A stretch of DNA of 63,545 bases, counting the filler, from Nitrospinae bacterium RIFCSPLOWO2_12_FULL_45_22 (GTDB lineage: Bacteria; 2-12-FULL-45-22): the NCBI GenBank assembly GCA_001803565.1. It is 8 parts of 8 records of this genome, joined end to end, with 100 filler letters (N's around TTAATTAATTAA, not from the genome) between each part and the next. Parts side by side here need not be neighbours in the genome. Positions count along the whole stretch, not along the records: positions 8,916 to 18,327 come from MHDQ01000140.1; positions 18,428 to 24,503 come from MHDQ01000141.1; positions 24,604 to 30,681 come from MHDQ01000142.1; 5 more parts are not named here. One strand, 5' to 3'. The notes beneath the pieces are model-generated. The model had not been told where the DNA came from. It saw nothing but the letters and a program-made list of their open reading frames with translations, and made no database searches. Numbering within the stretch: position 1 is the first letter of the stretch; each line of letters begins with the position of its first letter. Below are positions 17,583 to 26,692 of the stretch, in pieces. The position numbers were made by a program, and so were the translations under genes.

Positions 17583-17610
17583 TCCGGTCAACTCCAATGA
17601 CTTGTTAGGC
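17583..17610 (-). other. attC left half (interrupted)
   Basis: R'' GCCTAAC (complement of the attI copy 2 core GTTAGGC), L'' ATTGGAGT, then the IS end. Confidence 0.7.
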
Positions 17611-17633
17611 CATGTGTTCCTTTTACTGTGATT

Positions 17634-17879
17634 CTACGATACGACTTGAAAGGATTTTCCAATCGGCTGAAACTCATCTGTCTGTTGACGTTCAAGTTGA
17701 GTTACAATGTGTTCAAATCGCCTGATCGTCTCGGGAGTATACAATCTCTCTCCGCAATGGAGACACATCCCAGCCTTGACAGTGAGAAAGGCGGTATTGG
17801 TTCCTCCAGAGAGAACCTCTTTTACTTCCTTTTCAATAACTTGACCGCCGCAATGGGGACATTTTTCTACGTACTTCAT
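17634..17879 (-). CDS. YgiT/MqsA-type zinc-finger protein (antitoxin-like)
   Basis: CPHCGG..CLHCGERLYTPET. Confidence 0.88.
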   Translation of the reverse strand: MKYVEKCPHCGGQVIEKEVKEVLSGGTNTAFLTVKAGMCLHCGERLYTPETIRRFEHIVTQLERQQTDEFQPIGKSFQVVS

Positions 17880-18190
17880 CTATTTCTCCTTTCTTTCCAA
17901 TTGATCCACCGACTTGGATCGGGACGATACACCGTAATCAAAACAGCTATTTTGCTTCCAGCATCGTAAGCCCACACGCTATGAACTGGATCACCCAGGA
18001 ACGTGGTACCATATATTAAGCAGCTTGGGTAGGGTGTATCGTCTGGATACTCTTCAATGATTTCACCTGTCTGGGTAGAATGGAAAATGTCGTCTAAAAC
18101 CAACAAATCATTTTCGGCTTCCTTTCTGGCGTGAAGCGTAATGTTGACTCGGGTTGCATGGATCGCTTCTATAATCTCGTCAATCTTCAT
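17876..18190 (-). CDS. DUF4258-family protein (putative toxin)
   Basis: ITLHARKEA..GEIIEEYPDDTPYPSCLIYG..PVHSVWAY..ITVYRPDPSRW. Confidence 0.88.
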   Translation of the reverse strand: MKIDEIIEAIHATRVNITLHARKEAENDLLVLDDIFHSTQTGEIIEEYPDDTPYPSCLIYGTTFLGDPVHSVWAYDAGSKIAVLITVYRPDPSRWINWKERRNR

Positions 18191-18207
18191 TTATTGATCC
18201 AAATGGC

Positions 18208-18327
18208 CTAACAAGTTATTCTATAGTTTCTTAATAACTCCGCACCTCAAGGGGTTCCTTCGGGGCTCTATGCATTAATAAGTTATGTTGTCTATCCAGC
18301 CCATGATCCCCTGACCTCTCAGATACC
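18208..18327 (-). repeat. attI region, copy 2 (runs to contig end)
   Basis: 119/120 identical to 15383-15502; core G|TTAGGC. Confidence 0.8.
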
Positions 18328-18427
18328 NNNNNNNNNNNNNNNNNNNNNNNNNNNNNNNNNNNNNNNNNNNNTTAATTAATTAANNNNNNNNNNNNNNNNN
18401 NNNNNNNNNNNNNNNNNNNNNNNNNNN

Positions 18428-19258
18428 TGGATCATACACGCTTTCGCCAGGCTTGGGGTCAAGCATTTCAACCATAAGCTTAATAACCTCCCTGGCGGTA
18501 TAAACCTCCCCTTCTTTGGCTTTCTGGGGGGCAAAATATCTTAGTAGCCATTCGTAGGCATCGCCAAGGATATCTGGGGATACATGGTGCAGGGACCTGG
18601 CGCTGAAAAGCTCTACAAGCTGCCGGAGGATTTCTGCATTCTCTCTATTGGTAGTGAACTGGACAAAGTCTACATTCTCGAAGACATCCCTGAGCTCCGG
18701 GTTTCTTTCTGCCAGGGTCTTCATGGCCTTGGAGAAGTTTTCCGTGAGCCTTGCAGGGTCTTTTCTGATAGGTTCCCAGAGCAGGGCTTCAGAAATATCA
18801 AAATCGTGGTAGATGGAGTTTTTAGCCTCTACTTTTGCCTCTTCTTCATTGAGGCCATCAGCGATGGCTTCATTGTATGCCGATTCAAACTCCATCTCCC
18901 ATCGGTCACTGATCCGTTTATAAAAGAGGAGGACAAGGATAAAGGCATAATCTACCCTGGTTCTGATGAGGTCTGCCGCGGCCTTCAGGAGGCCCTCAAT
19001 GTCTCCCCTCGAAAGCGTCTCAGATAATATCTGCTCCTTGCTTATCAGGTTATAAATCCTCTTTCGTGCATCGGCCGGGTCGAGTTCTACTTTTAACATC
19101 CCGCCCCTTCTTAATTCCGAGAGGATAACATTAATCTGATCCTCACTATCCTTATTCTTCTCTTTCAGAACCATCGCCGCATCGTCAAAGCAGAAAGAAT
19201 GGGCTTGGAAGGTATCCCATAAGATTTCATAGCGTTTATTAAGCCAATCGATTAGCAT
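18428..19258 (-). CDS. hsdM: Type I restriction-modification methyltransferase with an N-terminal winged-HTH-like extension, truncated by contig end
   Basis: LKAAADLIR..LLFYKRISD..DILGDAYEWLLRYFA..EGEVYTAREVIKLMVEMLDP..SVYDP. Confidence 0.88.
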
Positions 19259-19602
19259 AAGTATTATCCTCTACCTATATTATAAAAGTAAATATAATAT
19301 AACTTATTTAATAAGTCAAGCAAAATATATATGACCCTTCAGCGAGGCTGTCACCCTGAGCCTTTTGTTGGGCTCAGGATAAACTCCGCTAAGGGGCTCC
19401 AGGATTACATAGGGATACGGCCATCGGCTTGAACCTGCTGCTACACTCTGGTAACTGAGGGATCACCACTTCCCTTGTTTTGGCATTGACTTTCCTTGTC
19501 AATGTAAGATAACTTTTATCCATTGCAGCTCTCCCTTTAATATATGAAAAAGGAGCTAATGATTTTAACTTTCTTTAGATATTGGGAGTATGCGTTTAGG
19601 AC

Positions 19603-20412
19603 ATGACCAGGGGCAAGCGGATCAAGGCAGTTATAAGGATGGAATGGACAAAGATTCGGGGTAAGAAGTCCGCCTTTATCCTGCCTCTGATAACGATGGC
19701 ATTCGTCCTGCTAGCTGGCTATGGCTTCAAATTAGGGGTCACAGAGAAATTTATGGGCATAGAATCCGGCTTTTATCTGGCTGCTACTACTACCAATACT
19801 GCCCTATATATTCTGACGATATTGACTGTTGTGCTGGTAGCGGTGGCCGTAGGTAACGAATTTGTTGCTGGTACTATCAGATATATCCTCTCCCGGCCTA
19901 TCAGGCGGGAAGAATGGCTCCTGGGCCACCTGGCAGCCATGGTACTGATGGTAGTTATCCTGTACCTTATTATTATCCTCAGCGGGATTATCATTGGGGC
20001 CATCACCTATGGCTATTCCCCTTTGACTGAAAAGGAATTCGTTATCCATTCCCAAAAAGAGTTATTTAACAAGCTCATAATAGCCCTACTCTTGCCTATC
20101 TTACCTTTGATCACCCTGGTTATTGCTATAGAACTGGTTACTTTGGTGAGCGAGAGTCCGGGGACAGCAATTGGTATCGGGCTGGGTGCTGGGTTTGCTT
20201 TATCTATCCTGAGCAACCAGACCAAGCTGGGCCAATTCTTTTGGGCTAATTATATCTTCTCACCCCTGGAGGAGATGGAGAAGATGAGCAAAGGGCTCCC
20301 TACAGACTGGGGGGCTATTATTTGGTGGTCAATAGGGGTCTCGCTTATTACGGGGCTTATATTATTGGTTTCTTCTATTTACATTATAAGGCGCAAAGAG
20401 ATCCTGGCATGA
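19603..20412 (+). CDS. ABC-2 type transporter permease
   Basis: Six TM segments, EFVAGTIRYILSRPIRREEWLLG motif. Confidence 0.85.
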   Translation: MTRGKRIKAVIRMEWTKIRGKKSAFILPLITMAFVLLAGYGFKLGVTEKFMGIESGFYLAATTTNTALYILTILTVVLVAVAVGNEFVAGTIRYILSRPIRREEWLLGHLAAMVLMVVILYLIIILSGIIIGAITYGYSPLTEKEFVIHSQKELFNKLIIALLLPILPLITLVIAIELVTLVSESPGTAIGIGLGAGFALSILSNQTKLGQFFWANYIFSPLEEMEKMSKGLPTDWGAIIWWSIGVSLITGLILLVSSIYIIRRKEILA

Positions 20413-20978
20413 GGCTGGTTGATACCGCGGGTAGTGGCAGGTCTCCTGACCTGCCACTAAAAAAACCAAAATATAAAGAAGGTTATCATTTTATAACAAT
20501 AGTGACAAATAAACGCATTGAAGTATTTAAATGCAAAGATATAGCCATGATAGCAGTAAGAACAATTCTATTCTATGAGAAGAGAGGGGATTTTAGACTT
20601 ATAGGATTTATTGTTATGCCAGATCACATCCACATGATTTGCGAACCAGCGGGTAGTGACAGGTCTCCTGACCTGTCAAGTATTGTACGAGATATAAAGA
20701 AATACATTGCCAAAGAAGCAATCGGCTATCTTTCATCGGGAGATAGTAATATGCTTGTAAGTATTCAATTGCCAAAACCCAAGAAGAAGGGGCATACCCA
20801 TCAGTTATGGCAAACAGATTTTTATGCGTTTAATATACTTACTGAAAGTAAACTGAAGGAAAAACTGAGATATATGTATGAGAACCCGGTAAGGAAAGGC
20901 TTGTGTAATGATATATTTGATTATGAATTTTCTGACATTAGGCGGTATTTCGGGGCAGTAGACCGGAAACTACCCTGA
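20409..20978 (+). CDS. REP-associated tyrosine transposase (RAYT, IS200-like HUH)
   Basis: YHFITIVT, FIVMPDHIH (HUH), LWQTDFY, YMYENPVRKGL; likely ATG 20409. Confidence 0.85.
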   Translation: MRLVDTAGSGRSPDLPLKKPKYKEGYHFITIVTNKRIEVFKCKDIAMIAVRTILFYEKRGDFRLIGFIVMPDHIHMICEPAGSDRSPDLSSIVRDIKKYIAKEAIGYLSSGDSNMLVSIQLPKPKKKGHTHQLWQTDFYAFNILTESKLKEKLRYMYENPVRKGLCNDIFDYEFSDIRRYFGAVDRKLP

Positions 20979-21030
20979 CAGAATAGGAACTTCCTTTTTT
21001 GCTGGGTCAGGAGACCCAGCACTACCCCGC
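20427..21030. repeat. Three GTAG-type REP hairpins (20427-20459, 20649-20678, inverted 21000-21030)
   Basis: GGGTAGTG-stem-GGTC-TCCT-GACC-stem with co-varying stems. Confidence 0.8.
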
Positions 21031-21050
21031 TGGTTGCTAGATAATGAGCC

Positions 21051-22583
21051 ATGAATAGATTCATTTATCTGATTATCTGGGGTATTCTGGGTACTATGTT
21101 GATATTGGTGCCAACCTCTGCCTGGGCACTAAATTTCCTGCCCCTAGATTTATCGGTCGAAGGCCGGATAAAGGACCTGCGGGTAGAAGACCTTAATTAT
21201 GATGGGCTTAAGGACCTGCTGGTGATTTATATCCAAGGATTACCGCCTAAAGAGAGCCGGTGGTTATCAATCTTTTGGCAAAAATCAGATAAATCCTTTA
21301 ATTCAACCCCAGATCAGAGTTGGGAAATAGCTCAGGAGGCAACTGTGTTGGATACTGGAGAAATATCAACCCAGTTCCCTGGCCGAGAGCTGGTCTTTCT
21401 TACCAATCAAGGGGTCAGCTTTTGTCGCCTCAGGGACAATCAGTATAACCCAGAGCTCATCCCTTTGCTTTCCCACTCAGTTTTTACCGCCTTTCCGGAA
21501 AAGAATAATTTACCTGTTACTAACTTCGTGCAGGACTGGAACCAGGATGGCCAGGAAGATATAGCTATCATGGATTTTGGCCGACTGGTAATCTTTTTGG
21601 GTGATGGTAAGGGCAATTTCCCTGAGCGCGATGAGCTAAAAATAGAGATCAAACCCTTTTATCTAGGCTATGACCCACTGGACAAGAGTAATGACCCTAC
21701 CAAGATAGCCCTGTTCACCTCTACCTATTTCTTCCCGGAATTGAACCTTAGGGATTATAATGGTGATGGTCATAAAGATTTAATGGCTATCCGTAACGAT
21801 GTCCTTTATTGGTATGCGCATGATAAGGATGGTAAATTTGAGTCTTCCTTTACTAAAAAGGATTTCGATATTCAAACCGATGAAGAGAAACGGGAAGAAC
21901 TGGTAAATATCAAGATGATGGTAGAGGACCTGAATGGCGATGGTCTGGCTGATGTATTGATCAACAAGCAAAAAACCCGGGGCCTTACCAGCTTATACAG
22001 CCTGGTAAGCATCTTTTATCACCGAAAAAATACTGGTATATCTTCGGTCCCCCAACAGATTATCACTACCGAAGGGACGGCCTCAGTAGCTATGGTGATC
22101 CGGGACTTGAACCGGGATGGCCGGCAAGACCTTATCCTGCCATCCTTTGAATTTGGCTTAGGGGCTGTTATTAGATATTTCTTTACTAAAAAAATTAGGG
22201 TAAGCTTCCTGGTCTACTTGATGAGGGAGGATGGCCGTTATCCAGATAAGCCCGATCTAGAAAAAGAGATCAGGTTCAAGATTGATCTTTCGGGCCAATC
22301 TAACCTGGCAGTAATAGACCCCGATGGTGACTATAATGGTGATGGGGTAAATGACCTGGTCTTTGGCACCAGTGATGACGAGCTTTCTATCTTTCCCGGG
22401 GTTAAAGACCCCCTTAAGAGCAACAGGATATATGAAGATGATCCACTTTTACGGCTCCAAATCAATACCCTGGGGTATCTTATTGCTTCTGACCTGGGCA
22501 ATAAAGGGAGGAGTGATATCATCCTCTATTATCCTCGAGAGCCAAAGCTATGGAGCAAGATCAAGCTCCTATTGAATAGATGA
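21051..22583 (+). CDS. Secreted FG-GAP/VCBS repeat protein
   Basis: Signal peptide; repeated DxNxDGxxD motifs. Confidence 0.85.
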   Translation: MNRFIYLIIWGILGTMLILVPTSAWALNFLPLDLSVEGRIKDLRVEDLNYDGLKDLLVIYIQGLPPKESRWLSIFWQKSDKSFNSTPDQSWEIAQEATVLDTGEISTQFPGRELVFLTNQGVSFCRLRDNQYNPELIPLLSHSVFTAFPEKNNLPVTNFVQDWNQDGQEDIAIMDFGRLVIFLGDGKGNFPERDELKIEIKPFYLGYDPLDKSNDPTKIALFTSTYFFPELNLRDYNGDGHKDLMAIRNDVLYWYAHDKDGKFESSFTKKDFDIQTDEEKREELVNIKMMVEDLNGDGLADVLINKQKTRGLTSLYSLVSIFYHRKNTGISSVPQQIITTEGTASVAMVIRDLNRDGRQDLILPSFEFGLGAVIRYFFTKKIRVSFLVYLMREDGRYPDKPDLEKEIRFKIDLSGQSNLAVIDPDGDYNGDGVNDLVFGTSDDELSIFPGVKDPLKSNRIYEDDPLLRLQINTLGYLIASDLGNKGRSDIILYYPREPKLWSKIKLLLNR

Positions 22584-22660
22584 CCAACAAAGGTTCTCTG
22601 ATAGGCCGGGCATCTTGCCCGGGATAAAAATCAAGATCCTATTAACCTGATTATATATAG

Positions 22661-23689
22661 ATGCTCAATCTGAATAACTCTGATAGTATTGCTGTCATTG
22701 GCGCTGGTAGCTGGGGTACCGCCTTAGCTAACCTGTTAGCCTTGAAGGGATACCAGGTAAAGCTATGGGTATATGAACCGGAGCTCGGGGAAATCCTTAC
22801 GGGCAAGCGGGAAAATACTTATTACCTACCGGGGATAACGCTGGATGGGCGGATTGATCCCTGTTTAGACATAGTTGAGGTTGCCCAGGGGCAAAATATC
22901 CTGGTCTCTGCCCTGCCTTCCCAGGTAGTACGGCCTGTTATAGCCCGGTTGATTCGTTATTTGTCTCCCAAACCCTTGATCATCACTGCCTCTAAAGGGA
23001 TAGAAAAGGGTAGTCTGCTAACCTGCTCGCAGGTAATACGAGAAGTCCTCCCTACGCAGATAAAACCTGGCATAGTCGCATTATCCGGCCCTAGCTTCGC
23101 TATGGAAGTAGCCCATGGCTTACCTACCGTAGTAGTCGCTGCCTCGGCTGACTCAGAGGCTGCTGCCTTAGTCCAAAAGATATTTTCTGCCCCCCACTTC
23201 CGGGTCTATACTAACCCGGATATAATCGGTGTGGAGCTAGGTGGGGCATTAAAAAATGTCATTGCGATAGCGGCGGGTGTATCCGATGGTCTGCGGTTGG
23301 GAGATAATGCCCGGGCTGCCCTGATTACCCGGGGGTTGGCTGAGATTAGCCGGCTAGGGACAGCTATGGGTGCCTCTCCGCTAACCTTCCTCGGACTGGC
23401 CGGGTTAGGAGACTTAGTATTGACCTGTGCGGGGCCGCTTAGTCGCAATAGGACTGTGGGCTTGAGACTAAGTCAGGGCCTGAAATTAAACCAGATACTG
23501 AGTGAGATGAGGATGGTAGCCGAGGGAGTAGAGACCGTGCAGGCAGCCATAGCCCTGGGCATGAAGCATCAGGTAGAATTGCCTATCTGCGAGGCAGTCT
23601 ATTCTCTCCTCTATCAGGATAAAGACCCACGCCAGGGTGTAATAGAACTGATGACCCGGAGCCTCAAAGAAGAATTCCCCTTTAAGTAA
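22661..23689 (+). CDS. gpsA: NAD(P)H-dependent glycerol-3-phosphate dehydrogenase
   Basis: GAGSWGTALA, SGPSFA, GVELGGALKNVIAIAAG, GDLVLTC, SRN. Confidence 0.96.
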   Translation: MLNLNNSDSIAVIGAGSWGTALANLLALKGYQVKLWVYEPELGEILTGKRENTYYLPGITLDGRIDPCLDIVEVAQGQNILVSALPSQVVRPVIARLIRYLSPKPLIITASKGIEKGSLLTCSQVIREVLPTQIKPGIVALSGPSFAMEVAHGLPTVVVAASADSEAAALVQKIFSAPHFRVYTNPDIIGVELGGALKNVIAIAAGVSDGLRLGDNARAALITRGLAEISRLGTAMGASPLTFLGLAGLGDLVLTCAGPLSRNRTVGLRLSQGLKLNQILSEMRMVAEGVETVQAAIALGMKHQVELPICEAVYSLLYQDKDPRQGVIELMTRSLKEEFPFK

Positions 23690-23757
23690 TCGTTATGGAG
23701 GAACAACCCTTACCCAGATGATGTTTCCTTAGCAGTTCAGCCCCTATCGAACATGAA

Positions 23758-23928
23758 TGTCATTCCGACCGAAGGGAGGAATCTTTATTTAGCTCCGGTC
23801 TCGGAAAGATTTCTCGCTGCGCTCGAAATTACAAGGGTGTGGCTATTCTTTGTCATGCGGCCTATGTAATATAATTTGTAGTGGTCGAGCTTGCTCGACA
23901 TTTCTAGCAGAGCAAGCTCTGCCACTAC
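23758..23928. repeat. Intergenic palindromic elements: TGTCATTCCGA..GGAATCT/AGATTTCTC..GAAATTACA and an inverted GTAG-REP pair (23878-23928)
   Basis: GTAGTGGTCGAGCTTGCTCGAC and, on the minus strand, GTAGTGGCAGAGCTTGCTCTGC; similar pairs at 46633-46695 and 57061-57123. Confidence 0.6.
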
Positions 23929-24603
23929 CATTGTTAATGGATTTCTGACAAAAAATAACCACTCCCAAATGACAAAGAACCTGAACTGTTACATTTTTCC
24001 TTAGCAGGTAGGGCATAAGAATCTGGTTTTGGGTAATAGTTTCCCCCATTATACATCTCCATACCCATACAGATGGTCTTGTTGAAATACTCGATGAAGA
24101 TTGATCTGGCACGAATCACCGGAAAAGGAACGAAGCAATTGCTTTGAACAAAACTGGGTGCAAAAGCGATAAAAATAGAAGACACCAAAAATTATCCTAC
24201 AACAATTAAATGGGAGACAGCCATGCCAAAGATTGATATTGAGAAGACAGAGCTGGTCGGGCTGGATAAATATAATGATGATAGAAAAAAGATAACCGTT
24301 CACCCGGCTAAGCTTTATCAGCCACTAAGACACAAAGGCACCAAGGAAAGGTAAAACGCAAAGCTAAAAGTGCAAAGCTCCTGTCTGCGTGCACCGCACA
24401 GGCAGGGAGGAATAATTACCTTAAACTGCCTATCTGCTTCGCTCATGTTAAGTGTTAACAGTTTATTTTTATTGGCTTTGCATGAGTTGCTAAAGATTGC
24501 TGANNNNNNNNNNNNNNNNNNNNNNNNNNNNNNNNNNNNNNNNNNNNTTAATTAATTAANNNNNNNNNNNNNNNNNNNNNNNNNNNNNNNNNNNNNNNNN
24601 NNN

Positions 24604-25092
24604 TCTCTCATCATGGGGGTGGATCTTTTTTGCTGCCTCTGGGTCTACTTCTTGCAGCTTCAAATATAAGTCTGATATGCCTTTTTCCTTAACCCATTTT
24701 TTCATTTCAGGCTTTAGTCTTCTATCTGCCCCTGGCCCGCCAAAGAGTCCCCGAACAAGGGCCTTGATATAGAGTCCTGTGCCTCCAACGATCAGGGGGA
24801 TTTTCTGTTTCTGATTAAACTCTTCTACTAAAGTGAGACACCTTTTTAAATAATCTGCTACCGTAAACTCTTCGTCCGGATAGACAATGCTGATAAGATG
24901 ATGTGGGACTAGCTCTAGTTGTGCCTGGCTGGGCTTACCAGTGCCTATATCTAAATAGCGATATATTTGTCTTGAGTCCGCGCTTATGATCTCAGTATTA
25001 AGCCATTGGGCCAAACTAATAGCCAGGGCAGTCTTTCCTACGCTAGTAGGGCCAACTAAAAAGATTATTCCCGGTGGCGAGGGATTGGCCAT
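24604..25092 (-). CDS. miaA: tRNA dimethylallyltransferase, truncated by contig end
   Basis: GPTSVGKT, IISADSRQIY, DIGTGKP, VGGTGLY. Confidence 0.95.
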
Positions 25093-25094
25093 TA

Positions 25095-25373
25095 CTACGA
25101 GTCAACCAGTTCTTTTAATTTCTTGCTGGGCCTAAAAAAAATGATTTTTTTGGCAGGTATACGTACTTTATCGCCGGTTTTTGGGTTCCTGGCCTCCTTT
25201 GCGTTGCGCTGCTTTACCCGAAAACTACCAAAGCCCCTTAGTTCTACTTTTTTATCGCCTACCCTTAATGCCTCGATTATACCAGCAAAGACAGTATTTA
25301 CCACAATCCCGGTATCCTGCTGGGTTAAATTGACCCGTTCAGCCACTTGCTGTATAAGTTCAGCCTTGGTCAT
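25095..25373 (-). CDS. ihfB: Integration host factor beta / HU family
   Basis: MTKAELI..VELRGFGSF..ARNPKTG; rpsA-sppA-ihfB context. Confidence 0.85.
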   Translation of the reverse strand: MTKAELIQQVAERVNLTQQDTGIVVNTVFAGIIEALRVGDKKVELRGFGSFRVKQRNAKEARNPKTGDKVRIPAKKIIFFRPSKKLKELVDS

Positions 25374-25789
25374 AATATTATCTCCTTAATTAGGGGTTAG
25401 AATCTGTCACAAAATAACTTGATCAATTGTATGGTATAGGAGTCTCCTTTTTTAGTGTAAGAAGAGGAGATATGGGGATGGTGGGGATAGGGAGATTTAT
25501 ATATAATTCTTTTTTTATCTCCAACATCTCCTTTATCCCCTTATCTCTTTGTCTTACACATTTAACTTGATCAAGTTATTGCGGAGCAATGCCTTAGCAG
25601 TAAGCCGTGAGGAGTAAGAAGTTAACGGCTCACTAAAAATAAGTAACCGCTCAGCCACCAAGGCACTAAGTCACCAAGAAGCTCAAAACTTAAAATGCAA
25701 AGTCTAACTTGACTTTGTCACATTATCCGAAACCTATTGATAATTCTGCCTTGTACAAAAATAGAAGGGTTAAATGTGACAAAGTCAAC

Positions 25790-26683
25790 TTAATAGGGTA
25801 GTAGGTATTGGATCTTTAGCCCCAAAGGTATATGGGAGGGTGCAAAAGAATATTGACCTAATAGCCAGCTTAAGAGGCCCCTTTTCTTCTCTGGTTTTAC
25901 TACTTTGGGTTTACCGGGGATTTTTGCCAGCTTGGCAGCATAAGCTATAGCATCTTCCAGCGTCCCTAATTGATCTATCAGTCCCAAATCTTTGGCTTGC
26001 TGGCCGGTAAATATCCGGCCATCGGCTAACTCTTTTACCTTATCTAGAGGGAGCTTTCTCCCCTGGGCTACTGCCGTTATAAATTGGTAATGGACGTCAT
26101 CTATGAGTTTCTGCAAGATACCTAGCTCTTCATCTGATAAAGGTCTAAGGGGAGAGCCCATATCTTTATGCTTCCCACTTTTAATAACCGTAGTTTTTAA
26201 GCCTATTTTTCCTAATAGTTCTTCGATATTAGAAAGGGCCATAATCACTCCAATACTACCAGTAATAGTCCCGGGATTAGCCAATATTTTGTTGGTGGCA
26301 CAGGCAATGTAATAGCCACCCGAGGCCCCTATATTGCCTATAGAGGTTACTACTGGCTTACCCCTTTTTTTTATCGTAAGGACTTCTTTATAGATTTCCT
26401 GGGCAGGTACTACCCCCCCACCAGGGCTATCTATCCGGAGCACTATACCTTTAACTGTCTCTTGCTGACCGTACTCTCTTAAATTGTCTATTATTTCCTC
26501 AGACTCGGTTATAACACCACTGATCTCTATCAGGGCTATCTTATCCTTTTCTGCCCAGGGGAACCCTTTGTCTTCAAGGGTAATAAAACCAAGTCGAAAA
26601 AGCCCTATTACTACCAGGATTAAGATTAAGGTTAGACAGCCTAGCCGAAATGGGTGAGCTCTAAACTTTCTCATGGTATTCAT
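25790..26683 (-). CDS. sppA: Signal peptide peptidase (S49)
   Basis: RIDSPGG, ASGGYY, TGSIGV, DGRIFTG. Confidence 0.93.
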   Translation of the reverse strand: MNTMRKFRAHPFRLGCLTLILILVVIGLFRLGFITLEDKGFPWAEKDKIALIEISGVITESEEIIDNLREYGQQETVKGIVLRIDSPGGGVVPAQEIYKEVLTIKKRGKPVVTSIGNIGASGGYYIACATNKILANPGTITGSIGVIMALSNIEELLGKIGLKTTVIKSGKHKDMGSPLRPLSDEELGILQKLIDDVHYQFITAVAQGRKLPLDKVKELADGRIFTGQQAKDLGLIDQLGTLEDAIAYAAKLAKIPGKPKVVKPEKKRGLLSWLLGQYSFAPSHIPLGLKIQYLLPY

Positions 26684-26692
26684 ATAAAATTA

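Noticed and set aside
14067-18327. Possible CRISPR array among the repeats
   Set aside because: No identical regularly spaced repeats and no cas genes; the repeats are attC/attI sites and REPs
23934-24303. Several short minus-strand ORFs
   Set aside because: Overlapping, with no recognisable family; at most a decayed fragment
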